Shown here: positions 15,498 to 30,611 of the stretch, in pieces
Position numbering within the stretch: position 1 is the stretch's first letter
How the letters are laid out: each line of letters opens with the position of its first letter
Source: an uncultured Erysipelotrichaceae bacterium
GTDB taxonomy: Bacteria; Bacillota_I; Bacilli_A; RFN20; CAG-826
DNA: 64,000 bases
NCBI GenBank assembly: GCA_900317295.1
Contig: ONGB01000005.1
Coordinates: 340 to 64,339, forward strand
Direction: 5' to 3'
Program-made: the position numbers and the translations under genes
The notes under the pieces: generated by a model
The model's input: the letters and a program-made list of their open reading frames with translations, nothing else
What the model was told of the DNA's origin: nothing
Database searches by the model: none

Positions 15498-17039
15498 TCA
15501 ATCGCCGAAATCGAACCGCACTTTCGCGTGGTCCGCCTCCACTTCTTCAATATGGATGGAGAAATCGAAAGCCGACCCGTCGTGGAAGGAGAAATCCGCA
15601 TAGGTTTCTTTAGAGAATTCGCCGCCTTTTTGAAATAAGACATCGCGGCGAGAAGCGTTTTTCCCTGCGACGTTTTTATCGGAGGCGATGAAGTATTCCG
15701 GGAAGGTCGCGGTGTCGCTGGAGGCGTCCATCATCTGGATGAGATAGGAGTCGTTTTTGTATCTTCCGTCGCGGGGCTGCCCACCGCTATTGTCGTTATG
15801 TAGCCCTAAGACGTATCCTCCGCTTAAATCGGTAGACGGGGAGAAATAGGAGGTCGGGTTCACGAAGCCCGGCAAGAAGACGCCCAAACGCGCATCGACG
15901 TGATAGATCCGCACGCCGGATTTGTTCATCATCCGCATCGCGTTGTCCGAACGGGATTTGCCATCCAACCGGTTCAATCCCACAGGCGCGTAGAAATCGA
16001 CGAGAAGATATTCGTCGAACGGGGTGCCATTAAAAGAACGCTTCACGATCGCGCATTCCCCGTTATGGGCGAATTGATGGAGGGAGAGTTCGCAAGAGGA
16101 AGTCACATAAATCGGCTGGACCCAGTTCAGGAACATCTTGGAGAAGGCGTTCTCATCCCCGAGGGAGCAATCCATCATGTCCGCCCTCCCCAAAGGGGAA
16201 AGCCTGGAAAAGGCGCCGGATTGGAAGGTATCGTAATAGTCCTCTAAGCCGAATAGGTGCCCGGTTTCGTGGACGCAGGTATGGGAATCGACTGCGTTCC
16301 CGGAGGGATAAAGCATCGCGTAGGAGCTCCAAGACACGGGCGCGGGGTCATTGATCGTGAAGGCCCAGAACATCGAAGAACGGTCCGCTCCGGAGGAAGA
16401 GGTCGCGAAAGGCGCGGTATAGATGAAATAGACGGGAACGATCGGATTCCCGGTCACGGGATGGGTGAAGGCGTAGCCGACACTGGGGTCTTCGGGGAAA
16501 TTCGCATCATGCCAGGCGATCGCCTCGGCGTAGATCTGCTCCAAGGCGGCTTTCGTCGAAGCCGCGCCGGTTTTGCCCCTCAAGGCTTCATAGGAGAGGC
16601 TAGGCCTAAAGAAGGCGTGGTCCACGCCGCCTTTGATCTGCAGCCTTCCATAGGAACTCTTCTCGAAATAGGAGACCACGGAGGGGAATTGGTCTTGGTA
16701 GTCCTTCCCGAAGAAGGCCTGTTCAATATGGGAGATTTGCTTTTCTTTCCCCGGGTATTCCGCGAAATCGACGGGGATGACAAGAAGCTTCTGCTCCCCG
16801 GTGGAGGGAATATTCGCCTTCTTCGCGTGGGAAAGCGTCGCGTTCGGCACGCGGGGAAGATCGCCGGAGACGCAATGGATGGAGGCGAATTCGCTTCTTT
16901 TTTCATAACCCTCCCCTACTTCTTCAGGGAAAGGTTCTTCATTCAGTTCCCCGTATTCATAAGCGGCATATGGCGGGCGCGAGGATATGCACCCGCATAA
17001 CGCGAGCACGCATAGAAGTAAGACGGGGCGCTTGCTCAT
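15498..17039 (-). CDS. M6-family (immune inhibitor A-like) zinc metalloprotease lipoprotein
   Basis: Lipobox MSKRPVLLLCVLALCGC. Zinc site VHETGHLFGLEDYYD (HExxH plus downstream acidic residues). Confidence 0.75.
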   Translation of the reverse strand: MSKRPVLLLCVLALCGCISSRPPYAAYEYGELNEEPFPEEVGEGYEKRSEFASIHCVSGDLPRVPNATLSHAKKANIPSTGEQKLLVIPVDFAEYPGKEKQISHIEQAFFGKDYQDQFPSVVSYFEKSSYGRLQIKGGVDHAFFRPSLSYEALRGKTGAASTKAALEQIYAEAIAWHDANFPEDPSVGYAFTHPVTGNPIVPVYFIYTAPFATSSSGADRSSMFWAFTINDPAPVSWSSYAMLYPSGNAVDSHTCVHETGHLFGLEDYYDTFQSGAFSRLSPLGRADMMDCSLGDENAFSKMFLNWVQPIYVTSSCELSLHQFAHNGECAIVKRSFNGTPFDEYLLVDFYAPVGLNRLDGKSRSDNAMRMMNKSGVRIYHVDARLGVFLPGFVNPTSYFSPSTDLSGGYVLGLHNDNSGGQPRDGRYKNDSYLIQMMDASSDTATFPEYFIASDKNVAGKNASRRDVLFQKGGEFSKETYADFSFHDGSAFDFSIHIEEVEADHAKVRFDFGD

Positions 17040-17090
17040 GAGCGCTATTCTAAACTAACGGGGAGAAAACATAAACACGCGCAGGCATAC

Positions 17091-17116
17091 GAAAACCCGC
17101 CTCTTGCGAAGCGGGT
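17091..17116 (-). terminator. candidate terminator after rpoC
   Basis: Minus strand: ACCCGC-TTCGCAAGAG-GCGGGT followed by TTTTCG. The T-run is short. Confidence 0.5.
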
Positions 17117-17136
17117 CATTCGTTTTCGAATTCGGC

Positions 17137-21249
<4,113 letters not shown>

Positions 21250-21268
21250 GGTTCGCTACCTTCCTTTC

Positions 21269-24200
21269 TCAGTCAACTTTGTCGCCGGCGTAGGGGTTGA
21301 GCCCCGCTTCGGCCACTTGCTCCGCAAGGGACTCGGGCGCCGCGTCTGCCGCAGAGAGGGTGAAGTCGCGGGCGAAGTCCTTGTGGATGTTGGAATTGGA
21401 TTTGCGTTCTTCGATGAGGGACTGCTGGGCCAGCTTGTCCATATCGATCGTGTTGCCTTCTTTGTCGAAGAGCTTGACCGACATGCAGAGGCCTTTGAGT
21501 TCCTTGTTGAAGACCTTGAAAGCCTCAGGCATGCCCGGGGTCGGGATGGGCTGGGACTTGATGATGGATTCGTAAGCGTGGGCGCGTCCAACGCGATCGT
21601 CGGATTTGATGGTGATCATTTCCTGGAGCGTGTGCGCGGCGCCGTAGGCCTCGAGGGCCCAGACTTCCATCTCACCGAAGCGCTGGCCGCCCTTCTGGGC
21701 CTTGCCGCCCAAAGGCTGCTGGGTGACGAGGGCATAGGGGCCGGTGGCGCGGGCGTGGAGTTTGTCGTCGACCATGTGCACGAGTTTGATCATGTACTGG
21801 ACGCCGACGGAGATGCGTTCGGAGAAGGGCTCGCCGGTGCGGCCATCGTAGAGGACGGTCTTGCCGTCTTCGGAGATGTGCGCCTTCCTCATGAGGTCAA
21901 AGACCTCTTCGTTGGTGACGCCATCGAAGGCCGGGGTGGCCACGCGCATATGGAGCTTGCGGCAGGCCAAGCCGAGGTGGACCTCCAAAATCTGGCCGAT
22001 GTTCATACGGGAAGGAACGCCCATCGGGGAGAGGAGGATGTCGATCGGGGTGCCGTCGGCGAGGAAGGGCATATCCTCGACCGGGAGGATCTTGGAGATG
22101 ACGCCCTTGTTGCCGTGGCGGCCGGACATCTTGTCGCCTTCGGAGATCTTTCTCTTCTGGACGACGTAGACGCGGACCATCTCATTGACGCCAGCGGGGA
22201 GCGGGTCTTTGTTCTTGCGGGAGAAGACCTTGACGGCGTGGACGATGCCGGCGCCGCCGTGGGGGACGCGGAGGGAAGTGTCCTTCTTCTCCTTCGTCTT
22301 CTCGGCGAAGATGGCTTGGAGAAGCTTCTCTTCGGGGGTCGGGTCTTCTTGGGATTTCGGGGTCGCTTTGCCGACGAGGATGTCGCCTTCTTTGACTTCG
22401 GCGCCAGGGATGATGATGCCGCGCTCGTCGAGGAAGGCTTTTGCCTCTTCGCCGACGTTGGGGATATCCTTGGTGATTTCCTCGGGGCCGAGTTTGTTCT
22501 CGCGGCACTCGATTTCGTATTTCTCGATGTGGATGGAGGTGAAGACGTCATCCTTGACCATCTTTTCGGACATGATGACGGCGTCTTCGTAGTTGTAACC
22601 ATTCCAGGTCATGTAGGCGACCAAGACGTTCTGGCCGAGGGCGAGCTCGCCGCGGTCCATGGCCGGGCCGTCGGCGATGATCTGGTCGGCATCGATATGC
22701 TGACCGACCTCGACGATCGGGGACTGGTTGATGCAGGTGCCGCCGTTGGAGCGGTCGAATTTCTGCAAATGATAGGTACGGCCGATGACTTTGATTTCCT
22801 TCGCGCCGCAGGAGGCGACGATGCCCTCCGCGGTCACTTGGGCGGCCAAGCCGTTGGTGTTGATGATGACTTCGTGTTCGAAGACGTGATCGCCCTTCTT
22901 CACGCGGCGGGCGGTGGCGAGGTCGGCGACGCCCTTCTTGAGAGTGTAGCTGCGATCCTCGGTCCCTTCGTCGACGATGATGCGGTTCTTCTCGATCTGG
23001 ACGATGATCCCAGGATGCTCGGCCTGGCAGCAATAGCCTTCGGGGCCGATGACGATCATGCCTTTGGCGACAACGTCGCCCTTCTTGGCCTTCTTGGAAT
23101 AGGGAAGCGCGGAAGCGTGCTTCTCTAGTTCGGTGTAGGAAATGAAGGAGCCGTCATCGACGATGATGGTCGAACCATCTTTGTAAAGGACGGTGCCGGG
23201 GGCTTCGGAGACGACCGCGAGACCGGAGTCTTTGGCGATCTTCTCCTCCATGCCGGTGCCGACATAGGGGGTGTGCGGGCGGAGCAAGGGCAACGCCTGA
23301 CGCTGCATGTTGGCGCCCATCAACGCACGGGTGGCGTCATCGTGGGCGAGGAAGGGAATGCAGGCCGCGGCGATCGAAACGATCTGCTTCGGCGAGACGT
23401 CAACATAGTTGACAAAGCCCTTGGCGATGGAGAGGTTGTCCTCATCGTGACGGACGACGACGTCCTCATCGATGATTTCCTTGACGGTCTCATTGCCCTG
23501 ATATTCCGGATCGACCTCCGAGCGGAGCAGCGGTTTGGAAAGGGCGATGTTGGCCTCAGCGATATAGAGCGAACGCTCGTCATCGGCGGAGAGGTAGACG
23601 GTCTCGGTCTCGGAGACGAAGACGCGATCCCCGATGCGGTAGACCTTGCGGTACGGGGTCATGATGAAGCCGTGCTCGTTGATCTTCGCATAGGAGCAAA
23701 GGTTGTTGATAAGACCGATGTTCTGGCCTTCCGGAGATTCAATCGGGCAGATACGGCCATAGTGGGTATAGTGGACGTCGCGGACTTCCATCGAGGCGCG
23801 GTCGCGGGTCAAGCCGCCGGGGCCCAAGGCCGAGATGCGGCGCTTGTTGGTGAGCTCCGCGAGCGGGTTGGTCTGGTCCATGAACTGGGAGAGCTGGCCC
23901 GAAGCGAAGAATTCGCGGATCGCGGTGGTAAGCGGGCGGATGTTGATGAGCGACTGCGGGGTCGCGGTGTCCGGATCGGAGATGGACATCTTCTGCTGGA
24001 CGGCCTTCACCATCTTGGAGAGGCCGATGCGGAACTGGTTCTCGAGCAATTCGCCAACGCTGCGGAGGCGGCGGTTGCCGAGGTGGTCGATATCATCGAA
24101 AACGCCGATGCCGTCCATCAAATTGACATAGTAGCTGAAGAAGGCGACCATGTCGGCGGAGGTGATGCGCTTCACGGTGAGGGTGAGGTCGGTGCCGATG

Positions 24201-25342
24201 ATCGAACGGACGACCTTCTTGCCGGTCTCGCGGTCCTTGACCTCGACTTTGACGAGGTTGACCTTGTTGAATTCGTCGATGGCCGGGTTGACCGGGAGGC
24301 TCTTGACGTGGGCGCCGTTTTCGAAGAATTTCTGCTCTTTGAGCTCTTTGACTTCGGCGGCGGTCAGTTTGTGGCCTTTTTCGAAGACGATTTCGCCGTC
24401 GGCGGAGACGAGGTTCTCGGCGAGGACCTGGTCCGGGAGGCGGTTATAGATAGAAAGTTTCTGCGCGTATTTGAAGCGCCCGGCGCGGCCGAGGTCATAA
24501 CGCTTGTCATCAAAGAAGCGCTCGCGGAGGAAGGCGACGCGTCCGGCGGCGGTCGAAGGTTCGCCGGGCTTCAGTTTCCCGAAGATGCGGGCGAGGGCTT
24601 CGTCGGCGGTCTGGATGCTTTCGTCTTTCTTGAGGGTCGCTTCCATCGAGGCGGAATCCCCAAAGAGTTCTTTGAGGTCCTTCTCCTTTTCGATGCCGAG
24701 GGCGCGGAAAAGGATCTGGGCCGGGAACTTGAACTGGCGGTCGACGCGGATGTTGAGGATGCCCCTGGTATCCGATTCGGTCTGCAGCCAAGTGCCGCGG
24801 GAGGGGATGATCTCGCCATAGTAGAGATAGGCGCCGGTCTTGCGGTCCTGCTCCATGGAGAAGTAGGCGCCGGGGGAACGGACGATCTGCGAGATGATGA
24901 CGCGCTCGGAACCATTGATGATGAAGGTGCCGGATTCGGTCATCAAGGGGATGTCCCCCATGAAGACTTCGGCCTCTTTGATCTCACCGTCGGCGAGATG
25001 GAGGTTGAGGGTGACTTTGAGCTTGCTTGAATAAGTCAAATCGCCGGTTTTGCACTCCAAAGGAGTGTATTTGGGCGCTTCCAAGCGGCAGGACACGTAT
25101 CTCAGGTCGAGCGAGTTGGAGTAGTTCGGGATCGGGAAGATCTCTTTGAGCACGCTGTCGATGCCGGTTTGGAGGAACCAGGAATAGGAATCGGTCTGGA
25201 CCTCGACGAGGTTAGGCAAAGACAGGCGGCCGGAGATCTTCGAGAAGTCGATGCGCCCGTTGACGCCGACGGGATAGTTTTCGCCATCCGGGTTTTTGTA
25301 GTCGGTGTTCGGGATGAACTTGTCGTTTTCTTCGTTTGGCAT
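21269..25342 (-). CDS. rpoB: DNA-directed RNA polymerase subunit beta
   Basis: Start moved to ATG 25342 ([15 protein letters not shown] upstream), because the ORF-track start at 25486 would overlap the upstream gene. Motifs [12 protein letters not shown] and [15 protein letters not shown]. Confidence 0.97.
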   Translation of the reverse strand: MPNEENDKFIPNTDYKNPDGENYPVGVNGRIDFSKISGRLSLPNLVEVQTDSYSWFLQTGIDSVLKEIFPIPNYSNSLDLRYVSCRLEAPKYTPLECKTGDLTYSSKLKVTLNLHLADGEIKEAEVFMGDIPLMTESGTFIINGSERVIISQIVRSPGAYFSMEQDRKTGAYLYYGEIIPSRGTWLQTESDTRGILNIRVDRQFKFPAQILFRALGIEKEKDLKELFGDSASMEATLKKDESIQTADEALARIFGKLKPGEPSTAAGRVAFLRERFFDDKRYDLGRAGRFKYAQKLSIYNRLPDQVLAENLVSADGEIVFEKGHKLTAAEVKELKEQKFFENGAHVKSLPVNPAIDEFNKVNLVKVEVKDRETGKKVVRSIIGTDLTLTVKRITSADMVAFFSYYVNLMDGIGVFDDIDHLGNRRLRSVGELLENQFRIGLSKMVKAVQQKMSISDPDTATPQSLINIRPLTTAIREFFASGQLSQFMDQTNPLAELTNKRRISALGPGGLTRDRASMEVRDVHYTHYGRICPIESPEGQNIGLINNLCSYAKINEHGFIMTPYRKVYRIGDRVFVSETETVYLSADDERSLYIAEANIALSKPLLRSEVDPEYQGNETVKEIIDEDVVVRHDEDNLSIAKGFVNYVDVSPKQIVSIAAACIPFLAHDDATRALMGANMQRQALPLLRPHTPYVGTGMEEKIAKDSGLAVVSEAPGTVLYKDGSTIIVDDGSFISYTELEKHASALPYSKKAKKGDVVAKGMIVIGPEGYCCQAEHPGIIVQIEKNRIIVDEGTEDRSYTLKKGVADLATARRVKKGDHVFEHEVIINTNGLAAQVTAEGIVASCGAKEIKVIGRTYHLQKFDRSNGGTCINQSPIVEVGQHIDADQIIADGPAMDRGELALGQNVLVAYMTWNGYNYEDAVIMSEKMVKDDVFTSIHIEKYEIECRENKLGPEEITKDIPNVGEEAKAFLDERGIIIPGAEVKEGDILVGKATPKSQEDPTPEEKLLQAIFAEKTKEKKDTSLRVPHGGAGIVHAVKVFSRKNKDPLPAGVNEMVRVYVVQKRKISEGDKMSGRHGNKGVISKILPVEDMPFLADGTPIDILLSPMGVPSRMNIGQILEVHLGLACRKLHMRVATPAFDGVTNEEVFDLMRKAHISEDGKTVLYDGRTGEPFSERISVGVQYMIKLVHMVDDKLHARATGPYALVTQQPLGGKAQKGGQRFGEMEVWALEAYGAAHTLQEMITIKSDDRVGRAHAYESIIKSQPIPTPGMPEAFKVFNKELKGLCMSVKLFDKEGNTIDMDKLAQQSLIEERKSNSNIHKDFARDFTLSAADAAPESLAEQVAEAGLNPYAGDKVD

Positions 25343-25352
25343 TGTTTGCTCC

Positions 25353-25949
25353 TTATGCGTGGGCGGATAGGACGCGGAACCCCTTCTTCTGCGCAAGCCT
25401 CTCGACTTTGGGGAACAAGGTCTTGAGGTAGGCTTCGGCGGATTCGGCGCCTTGCTTTTTACGGATGACGAGGATGAGCTTACCACCTTCTAGAAGGTGA
25501 TCTACGGCACCCGCGTACATCGCGTACGTAACCTTTTTTCCCGCGCGAATGGGCGGGTTGGTCACGATGGTGGAGAATTTCTTGTCAATGTTGAGGTAGA
25601 CGTCGCTATGGACGATCTCGACCTGCTCCGACACGCCGAGGGCGGCGGCGTTTTGCCGGCAGCATTCGAGGGCCCGGTCGTTCACGTCGGCTAAGACGAC
25701 ATGGCGAGACGGGTCGAGGTGGGCCAGGATTAGTCCGAGTGGTCCGACTCCACACCCAAGGTCCAGGATTTCATTTCCAAGATCGGTCTTGGCGATGGTT
25801 TCAAGCAGCAAACGGCTACCATCGTCGAGGCCATCTTTCGAAAAGACCCCAGAATCGCTTTTCAGGAGGTATTTTTCCCCGAGCAACTCGAAGGAGATGC
25901 GCAGGTCTTCGTGAGCCAAATTCTCATCGTTTTCGAAGTATTGACCCAT
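25353..25949 (-). CDS. class I SAM-dependent methyltransferase (small MTS domain, YbxB/RsmC-like)
   Basis: Start set at [11 protein letters not shown] (GGGAGGG upstream). Motif [13 protein letters not shown] and motif [12 protein letters not shown]. It occupies the same position as B. subtilis ybxB, between rplL and rpoB. Confidence 0.8.
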   Translation of the reverse strand: MGQYFENDENLAHEDLRISFELLGEKYLLKSDSGVFSKDGLDDGSRLLLETIAKTDLGNEILDLGCGVGPLGLILAHLDPSRHVVLADVNDRALECCRQNAAALGVSEQVEIVHSDVYLNIDKKFSTIVTNPPIRAGKKVTYAMYAGAVDHLLEGGKLILVIRKKQGAESAEAYLKTLFPKVERLAQKKGFRVLSAHA

Positions 25950-25964
25950 GATTTTCACCCTCCC

Positions 25965-26010
25965 ATAAAAACGCAAGACCCCGCCCAAAGGGAACGTCCA
26001 ATGGGCGGGT
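25965..26010 (-). terminator. candidate attenuator hairpin between rplL and the methyltransferase/rpoB genes
   Basis: Minus strand: ACCCGCCCA...TGGGCGGGGT, then 6 nt, then TTTTTAT. The T-run is not adjacent to the stem, so this is at best a weak terminator. Confidence 0.35.
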
Positions 26011-26033
26011 TAGCTTGTTTAATAGGAAACCAA

Positions 26034-26411
26034 TTACTTGATTTCGACTTCGGCACCGGCGGCCTCGAGAGCTTTCTTGTGCTCTTCGGCTTCGACGGGC
26101 GAGATGTGCTCTTTGATCGGAGCGGGGACGGCATCGACGACCTTCTTGGCATCCATCAAGCCAAGGCCGGTGATGGCCTGGACGGCTTTGATGACGGCAA
26201 CTTTGGAAGCGCCGACGCCTTTGAGGATGAGGGAGACTTCGGCCGGTCCTTTGGCGACGGCTTCTTCTTCCTCGGCGGCCGGGGCGGCGGCGACGGCCGC
26301 GGCGGCGGTGACGCCGAAGGTTTCTTCGACGAGTTTGATGAGGTCGTTCAGTTCAAGGACGGTGTACTCCTTCAACGACTCGACGATCTCTTCTTTGGTG
26401 AGTTTAGCCAT
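26034..26411 (-). CDS. rplL: 50S ribosomal protein L7/L12
   Basis: 125 aa with an Ala-rich hinge and a typical C-terminal domain ([19 protein letters not shown]...[10 protein letters not shown]). Confidence 0.95.
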   Translation of the reverse strand: MAKLTKEEIVESLKEYTVLELNDLIKLVEETFGVTAAAAVAAAPAAEEEEAVAKGPAEVSLILKGVGASKVAVIKAVQAITGLGLMDAKKVVDAVPAPIKEHISPVEAEEHKKALEAAGAEVEIK

Positions 26412-26427
26412 GGTTAGATCCTCCTAA

Positions 26428-26940
26428 TTAGTTGGCTGCCGCAGCGGAAGCTGCCGGCTGTTTGTCCGCGACGGCCTTGACGGTGGCCGCGAATTTGGTG
26501 ACGGGTGCCTTGAGGCACGATAGGAACATAGAGAGCATGCCGTTCTTATCCGAGAGCTTGCTGATTTCCTTGACCTGTTTGGCGTCGAGGACGCGTCCTT
26601 CGGCGATGCCGCCTTTGACCACGAGGGCTTCATGGGCACGGGCATACTTCAGGAGCACTTTCGGACCGTTGGACAATTCTTTCGAGAAGACGAACGCGTT
26701 GGGGCCTTCGAGCGTTTCGCCCAATTCGGGCTGCTTCAGCTCGGCGAGGGCGCGGCGGACCATCGTGTTTTTGTAAACGGTGAGGGTGGCGCCTTCCTTC
26801 TCAAGCTTTCTGCGGAGTTCGCTGATCTCGGCGACGGTGAGTCCTTGGTAAGAGACGACCGTGAAGGAGCCGCTGTTCTTCAAACCTTCTTCGATTGATT
26901 TCACAGCGTTCTTCTTGGCTTCAAGAGCTTGCTGATTCAT
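26428..26940 (-). CDS. rplJ: 50S ribosomal protein L10
   Basis: 170 aa in the conserved position upstream of rplL. SFTVVSYQGLTVAEISELRRKL is typical of L10. Confidence 0.93.
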   Translation of the reverse strand: MNQQALEAKKNAVKSIEEGLKNSGSFTVVSYQGLTVAEISELRRKLEKEGATLTVYKNTMVRRALAELKQPELGETLEGPNAFVFSKELSNGPKVLLKYARAHEALVVKGGIAEGRVLDAKQVKEISKLSDKNGMLSMFLSCLKAPVTKFAATVKAVADKQPAASAAAAN

Positions 26941-27101
26941 GTGTTTCTACCTCCTTTCTGCAAATATGTGGAAGCTTCTATATAACTAGTGAGTTTGTGA
27001 ATGCTTATTCCTCAGCAGGGTGATGTTATTAAGGCAATTGCCCCCGGCTATCTTAGGTATACGAAGCGTTTCACCAATAGGTGGACGGAACTATATGCGA
27101 C
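26941..27101 (-). promoter_or_regulatory. long rplJ 5' leader (candidate L10 autoregulatory leader)
   Basis: 160-nt non-coding gap between rplA and rplJ ending in AAAGGAGG. Assigned by position only; the structure was not verified. Confidence 0.35.
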
Positions 27102-27794
27102 TTAGTTCCTGCCGGCGAAGGTCACTTTGACGCCCGGACCCATCGTCGAGGAGACGACGCAGTTGCGGATGTAGGTGCCTTTGACGGTCGACGGACGGGC
27201 CTTGACGATCGCGTCGGTGATGGCGACGAGGTTGTCGAGGAGGTCCTTTTCGGAGAACGAGACGCGCCCGATTCCGATGTTGAGGTTGCCATCGCGGTCA
27301 ACGCGGTAGGCGATTTTGCCGCGCTTGATGTCAGCGACGGCGGCTTTGACGTCCATGGTGACCGTGCCGGTCTTGGGGTTGGGCATCAAGCCTTTCGGAC
27401 CGAGGACGCGGCCCATTTTGCCGAGCTCGCCCATCATGTCCGGGGTGGCGACGATGATGTCGAAGTCGAACCAGTTTTCGTTCTGGATCTTCTGGAGCAT
27501 CTCAATGCCGCCGAAGAATTCCGCGCCGGATTCCTTGGCTTCCTCGAGCTTGGTGTTGGTGACGACGAGGACCTTCTTGGTCTTGCCGTTGCCATGCGGG
27601 AGGGTGATGGTGCCGCGGATCAATTGATCGGCGAGGGTGGGGTTGACGTTGAGGCGGAAGGAGATATCCACCGACGCGTCGAACTTGGTGACGCTCGTTT
27701 CTTTGACGAGTTTGACGGCCTCTTCAAGGCTGTACAGTTTGGAAGCATCGACCTTCTTAGAGGCGGCTTCGTACTTCTTAGCGATTTTGCTCAT
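27102..27794 (-). CDS. rplA: 50S ribosomal protein L1
   Basis: 230 aa; MSKIAKKYEAASKKVD...GPRGLMPNPKTGTV-like core (LGPKGLMPNPKTGTVT). Confidence 0.95.
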   Translation of the reverse strand: MSKIAKKYEAASKKVDASKLYSLEEAVKLVKETSVTKFDASVDISFRLNVNPTLADQLIRGTITLPHGNGKTKKVLVVTNTKLEEAKESGAEFFGGIEMLQKIQNENWFDFDIIVATPDMMGELGKMGRVLGPKGLMPNPKTGTVTMDVKAAVADIKRGKIAYRVDRDGNLNIGIGRVSFSEKDLLDNLVAITDAIVKARPSTVKGTYIRNCVVSSTMGPGVKVTFAGRN

Positions 27795-27810
27795 GTTCGT
27801 TGCCTCCTAT

Positions 27811-28218
27811 TTACTTAATGGCGATGCCCATCTGACGGCAGGAGCCCGCGACGATCTTCTTCGCGGCCTCGAGGTCTTCGCAGTTGAGGTCGGGCAGTTT
27901 GTACTGGGCGATCTCGGTGAGCTGCGCGTCGGTGATCGAACCGACGATCGTTTTGGCGTTGCCCGATCCTTTCTCAAGCCCAGCGGCTTTCAGGATGAGC
28001 GGGGCGACCGGGGTGGTCTTGATGACGAAGTCGAAGGACTTGTCTTCATAGGCCGTGATGATGACGGGAACCACTTGGCCCCTCCTGTCACCGGTCTTCG
28101 CATTGAAATCGGTGCAGAACTTGGCCATGTTGACCCCGGCGGAAGCGAGCTTCGGTCCGGGATGGGCGTCGCCGCCCGGAAGTTCCATTTTGACGACTTT
28201 GGCGATACGTTTTCTCAT
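27811..28218 (-). CDS. rplK: 50S ribosomal protein L11
   Basis: Start set at MRKRIAKVVKMELPGG (GGAGGAAATGAC upstream). Confidence 0.93.
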   Translation of the reverse strand: MRKRIAKVVKMELPGGDAHPGPKLASAGVNMAKFCTDFNAKTGDRRGQVVPVIITAYEDKSFDFVIKTTPVAPLILKAAGLEKGSGNAKTIVGSITDAQLTEIAQYKLPDLNCEDLEAAKKIVAGSCRQMGIAIK

Positions 28219-28312
28219 GTCATTTCCTCCTTTCGGAAATTGCATTTAGTGGTGATCGGGCCGTCGTCAGCGACCCTCCCACAAGTTGCGCGTTGTGAAA
28301 ATGCGCCCGTGT

Positions 28313-28342
28313 ATGATACGCGTGGCAAAAGGAGGCTGTCAA
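28313..28342 (-). promoter_or_regulatory. candidate sigma-70 promoter for rplK-rplA
   Basis: Minus strand: TTGACA, 18 nt, TATCAT, about 95 nt upstream of the rplK start. Confidence 0.5.
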
Positions 28343-28368
28343 GGCTTTTCTAAAGAAAGGGAAAGGTT

Positions 28369-30297
28369 TTAGGAATTGGCCGAAGATTTCTTTGGTTTGG
28401 AGAAGCCCAAGGCCAAAGAACCGAGGATCGTGAGCAACGCCAATCCGGAATCCCCAAGCGCGGAGACCCATAGCGGCAATTGCCAGCCCCCATCGATGGA
28501 GGCCCAGAGGTTGAGCCCCATCAAAATGGCTTTGACGGATAAGGCGAAAATGATGTTGAAGATGACGCGATGACGGGTTTTCCTAGCGATATCCAAAAGG
28601 GCGGGGATCTTCATCAAATCGTCGTCCATGATGACGATGTCCGCGTTGGCGACCGCGAGGTCAGACCCGAGCCCGCCCATGGCGATGCCCACGTCCGCTA
28701 GGACGATCGAGGGGGCGTCGTTGATGCCGTCGCCCACGAAGGCCACCGCGCCTTCTTTTTTGGAGATTTCTTCGCGAATGCGGGAGGTTTTTTCATCGGG
28801 GAGCAAGCCCGCTTCGAAAGCATCGACCCCGATTTCTTTCGCCGTGGATTCCACGACAAGGGGGCGATCTCCGGAAAGAAGCAAAGTGCTGATGTTCTTT
28901 TGGTGGAAATGCGAAATGGCCTTGGGGGCGCTTTCCTTCACTTGATCTTCCAAACGGACGCATCCTTGATAGACATCATCGACATAAAGGCAGACCAAAG
29001 ACCCGGCTTTTCCTGCGTGGGCAGAGGCGTCTTTTGGGGTGCCGGCTTCGATCTTTTTGCCCCGATAAACTAGGCGGACGCCAAAGCCAGGAACCTCCTG
29101 ATAGTCGGAGATTTCTTCTTCCTCATAGGCTTTTTGGAACGTTTGGGCGATGGCTCTTCCCATGGGGTGGGTGGACCGGGATTCGGCGGCGCAGAGATAT
29201 TCTTTGAAAAGGGCTTCATCCAGGTCGCCAAGTTGGATTTCCGCGACGGAGAAATGGCCTTCGGTGAGCGTGCCGGTTTTGTCAAAGGCGATGAGCCGCA
29301 GGGTATTCAACGCGTCGAAGAAACCCGCCCCTTTGACAAGGATTCCTTGCTTGGAGGCGAGCCCCAATCCCGCGACATAAGCAAGGGGAACGGAGATGAC
29401 AATGGCGCAGGGGCAGCTGAGAACTAGGAAGCTAAGTGCGGTATAAATCCAACTGGCCCAAATATCGGCATTCCCCGCGCCTAAAACCAAGGGCGGGACC
29501 ACGGCCACCAGCGCGGCGATCGCGAACACGATCGGGGTATACACCCGCGCAAAGCGGCGGATGAAACGGACGGTTTTGTTCTTTTCCTCGCTGCCGTTTT
29601 CGATGCTTTCCATCAAGCGGGCGACCGTCGAATCCTCATACTCTTTTTCGACGCGGATCTTCAAGGAACCCGAGGCCAATAACGTCCCCGAATAGACGGG
29701 GCTTTCTTTCTCTTTCCCCACAGGGACGGCTTCCCCGGTCAAAGAGGATTCGTCCATTTCCCCTGTTCCTTCCATGACGATGCCATCGCAGGGGCATTTC
29801 TTTCCGGCGCCCAGCACGACGAGATCGCCGACATGGAGATCGACGGGGGATTTCGCGATGAGTTTATCCTCTTCTAAAACGAGGGCTTCCTCTTTCCGTA
29901 AATCGATCGCGGAGACGATGGCTTTCCGAGAACGGGATTCTGCCAAATTCTCAAAAACCTCACCCACTTGATAAAGCAGGATAATCAAGACGGCTTCGAG
30001 GAATTCATTGTGGCCCGGCCCATAAAAGCGCAACGCGAACGCGCCTAAAGAGGCCAAGATCATCAATGTGCATTCGTTGAAGAATTCGCGCTCTTTGAAC
30101 ATCGCTTCGAAGGCTTCGATGTAGATGTCATAGGAGATGAGGATATAAGCCGTCCCCATCACCATCAGGCTCACCCACCAGGGGAAATTGGCTTCGTTCC
30201 AATAAAAATACCCGGCGAGTGCCAAACCCAAAGCCACCGCGCAGCGCAGGGCGAGGATCAGAATCGATTTGAAAGAACGTTCCTCTTCCATCGTCAC
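28369..30297 (-). CDS. heavy-metal P1B-type ATPase (Cd/Zn/Co-type), no N-terminal metal-binding domain
   Basis: 642 aa. CPC motif (LSCPCAIVIS), phosphorylation site FDKTGTLT, hinge GDGINDAP. No CxxC HMA domain at the N-terminus. Confidence 0.9.
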   Translation of the reverse strand: MTMEEERSFKSILILALRCAVALGLALAGYFYWNEANFPWWVSLMVMGTAYILISYDIYIEAFEAMFKEREFFNECTLMILASLGAFALRFYGPGHNEFLEAVLIILLYQVGEVFENLAESRSRKAIVSAIDLRKEEALVLEEDKLIAKSPVDLHVGDLVVLGAGKKCPCDGIVMEGTGEMDESSLTGEAVPVGKEKESPVYSGTLLASGSLKIRVEKEYEDSTVARLMESIENGSEEKNKTVRFIRRFARVYTPIVFAIAALVAVVPPLVLGAGNADIWASWIYTALSFLVLSCPCAIVISVPLAYVAGLGLASKQGILVKGAGFFDALNTLRLIAFDKTGTLTEGHFSVAEIQLGDLDEALFKEYLCAAESRSTHPMGRAIAQTFQKAYEEEEISDYQEVPGFGVRLVYRGKKIEAGTPKDASAHAGKAGSLVCLYVDDVYQGCVRLEDQVKESAPKAISHFHQKNISTLLLSGDRPLVVESTAKEIGVDAFEAGLLPDEKTSRIREEISKKEGAVAFVGDGINDAPSIVLADVGIAMGGLGSDLAVANADIVIMDDDLMKIPALLDIARKTRHRVIFNIIFALSVKAILMGLNLWASIDGGWQLPLWVSALGDSGLALLTILGSLALGFSKPKKSSANS

Positions 30298-30599
30298 TCC
30301 CTTTCAAGGATTTCAACGACGTGTTCGTTCGCCACTTGGAGAAGTTCGATGACGTGATGGTCGGCGAGGGAATAGAACACCCAGGTCTTCTCTTTGCGCG
30401 TCGAAACGAGGTTGGCTTTTTTCAAAACGGCCAGCTGATGGGAAATCAAAGACTGGCTCGCCCCCACCGCTTCCACGATTTCGTTGACCGACTTCTCCCC
30501 ATCGGAAAGGGCGTACATGATCTTCAGCCGCGTGGAGTCGCTGGCGATGTTGAGCATGTTTTCCATGCCGTCGATGATGTTGTCGTTTGGGATGGGCAT
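30294..30599 (-). CDS. ArsR/SmtB-family metalloregulator
   Basis: 101 aa. Winged HTH region: STRLKIMYALSDGEKSVNEIVEAVGASQSLISHQLAVLKKANLV. Overlaps the ATPase start by 4 nt. Confidence 0.88.
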   Translation of the reverse strand: MPIPNDNIIDGMENMLNIASDSTRLKIMYALSDGEKSVNEIVEAVGASQSLISHQLAVLKKANLVSTRKEKTWVFYSLADHHVIELLQVANEHVVEILERE

Positions 30600-30611
30600 A
30601 GGGGCCTCCTT

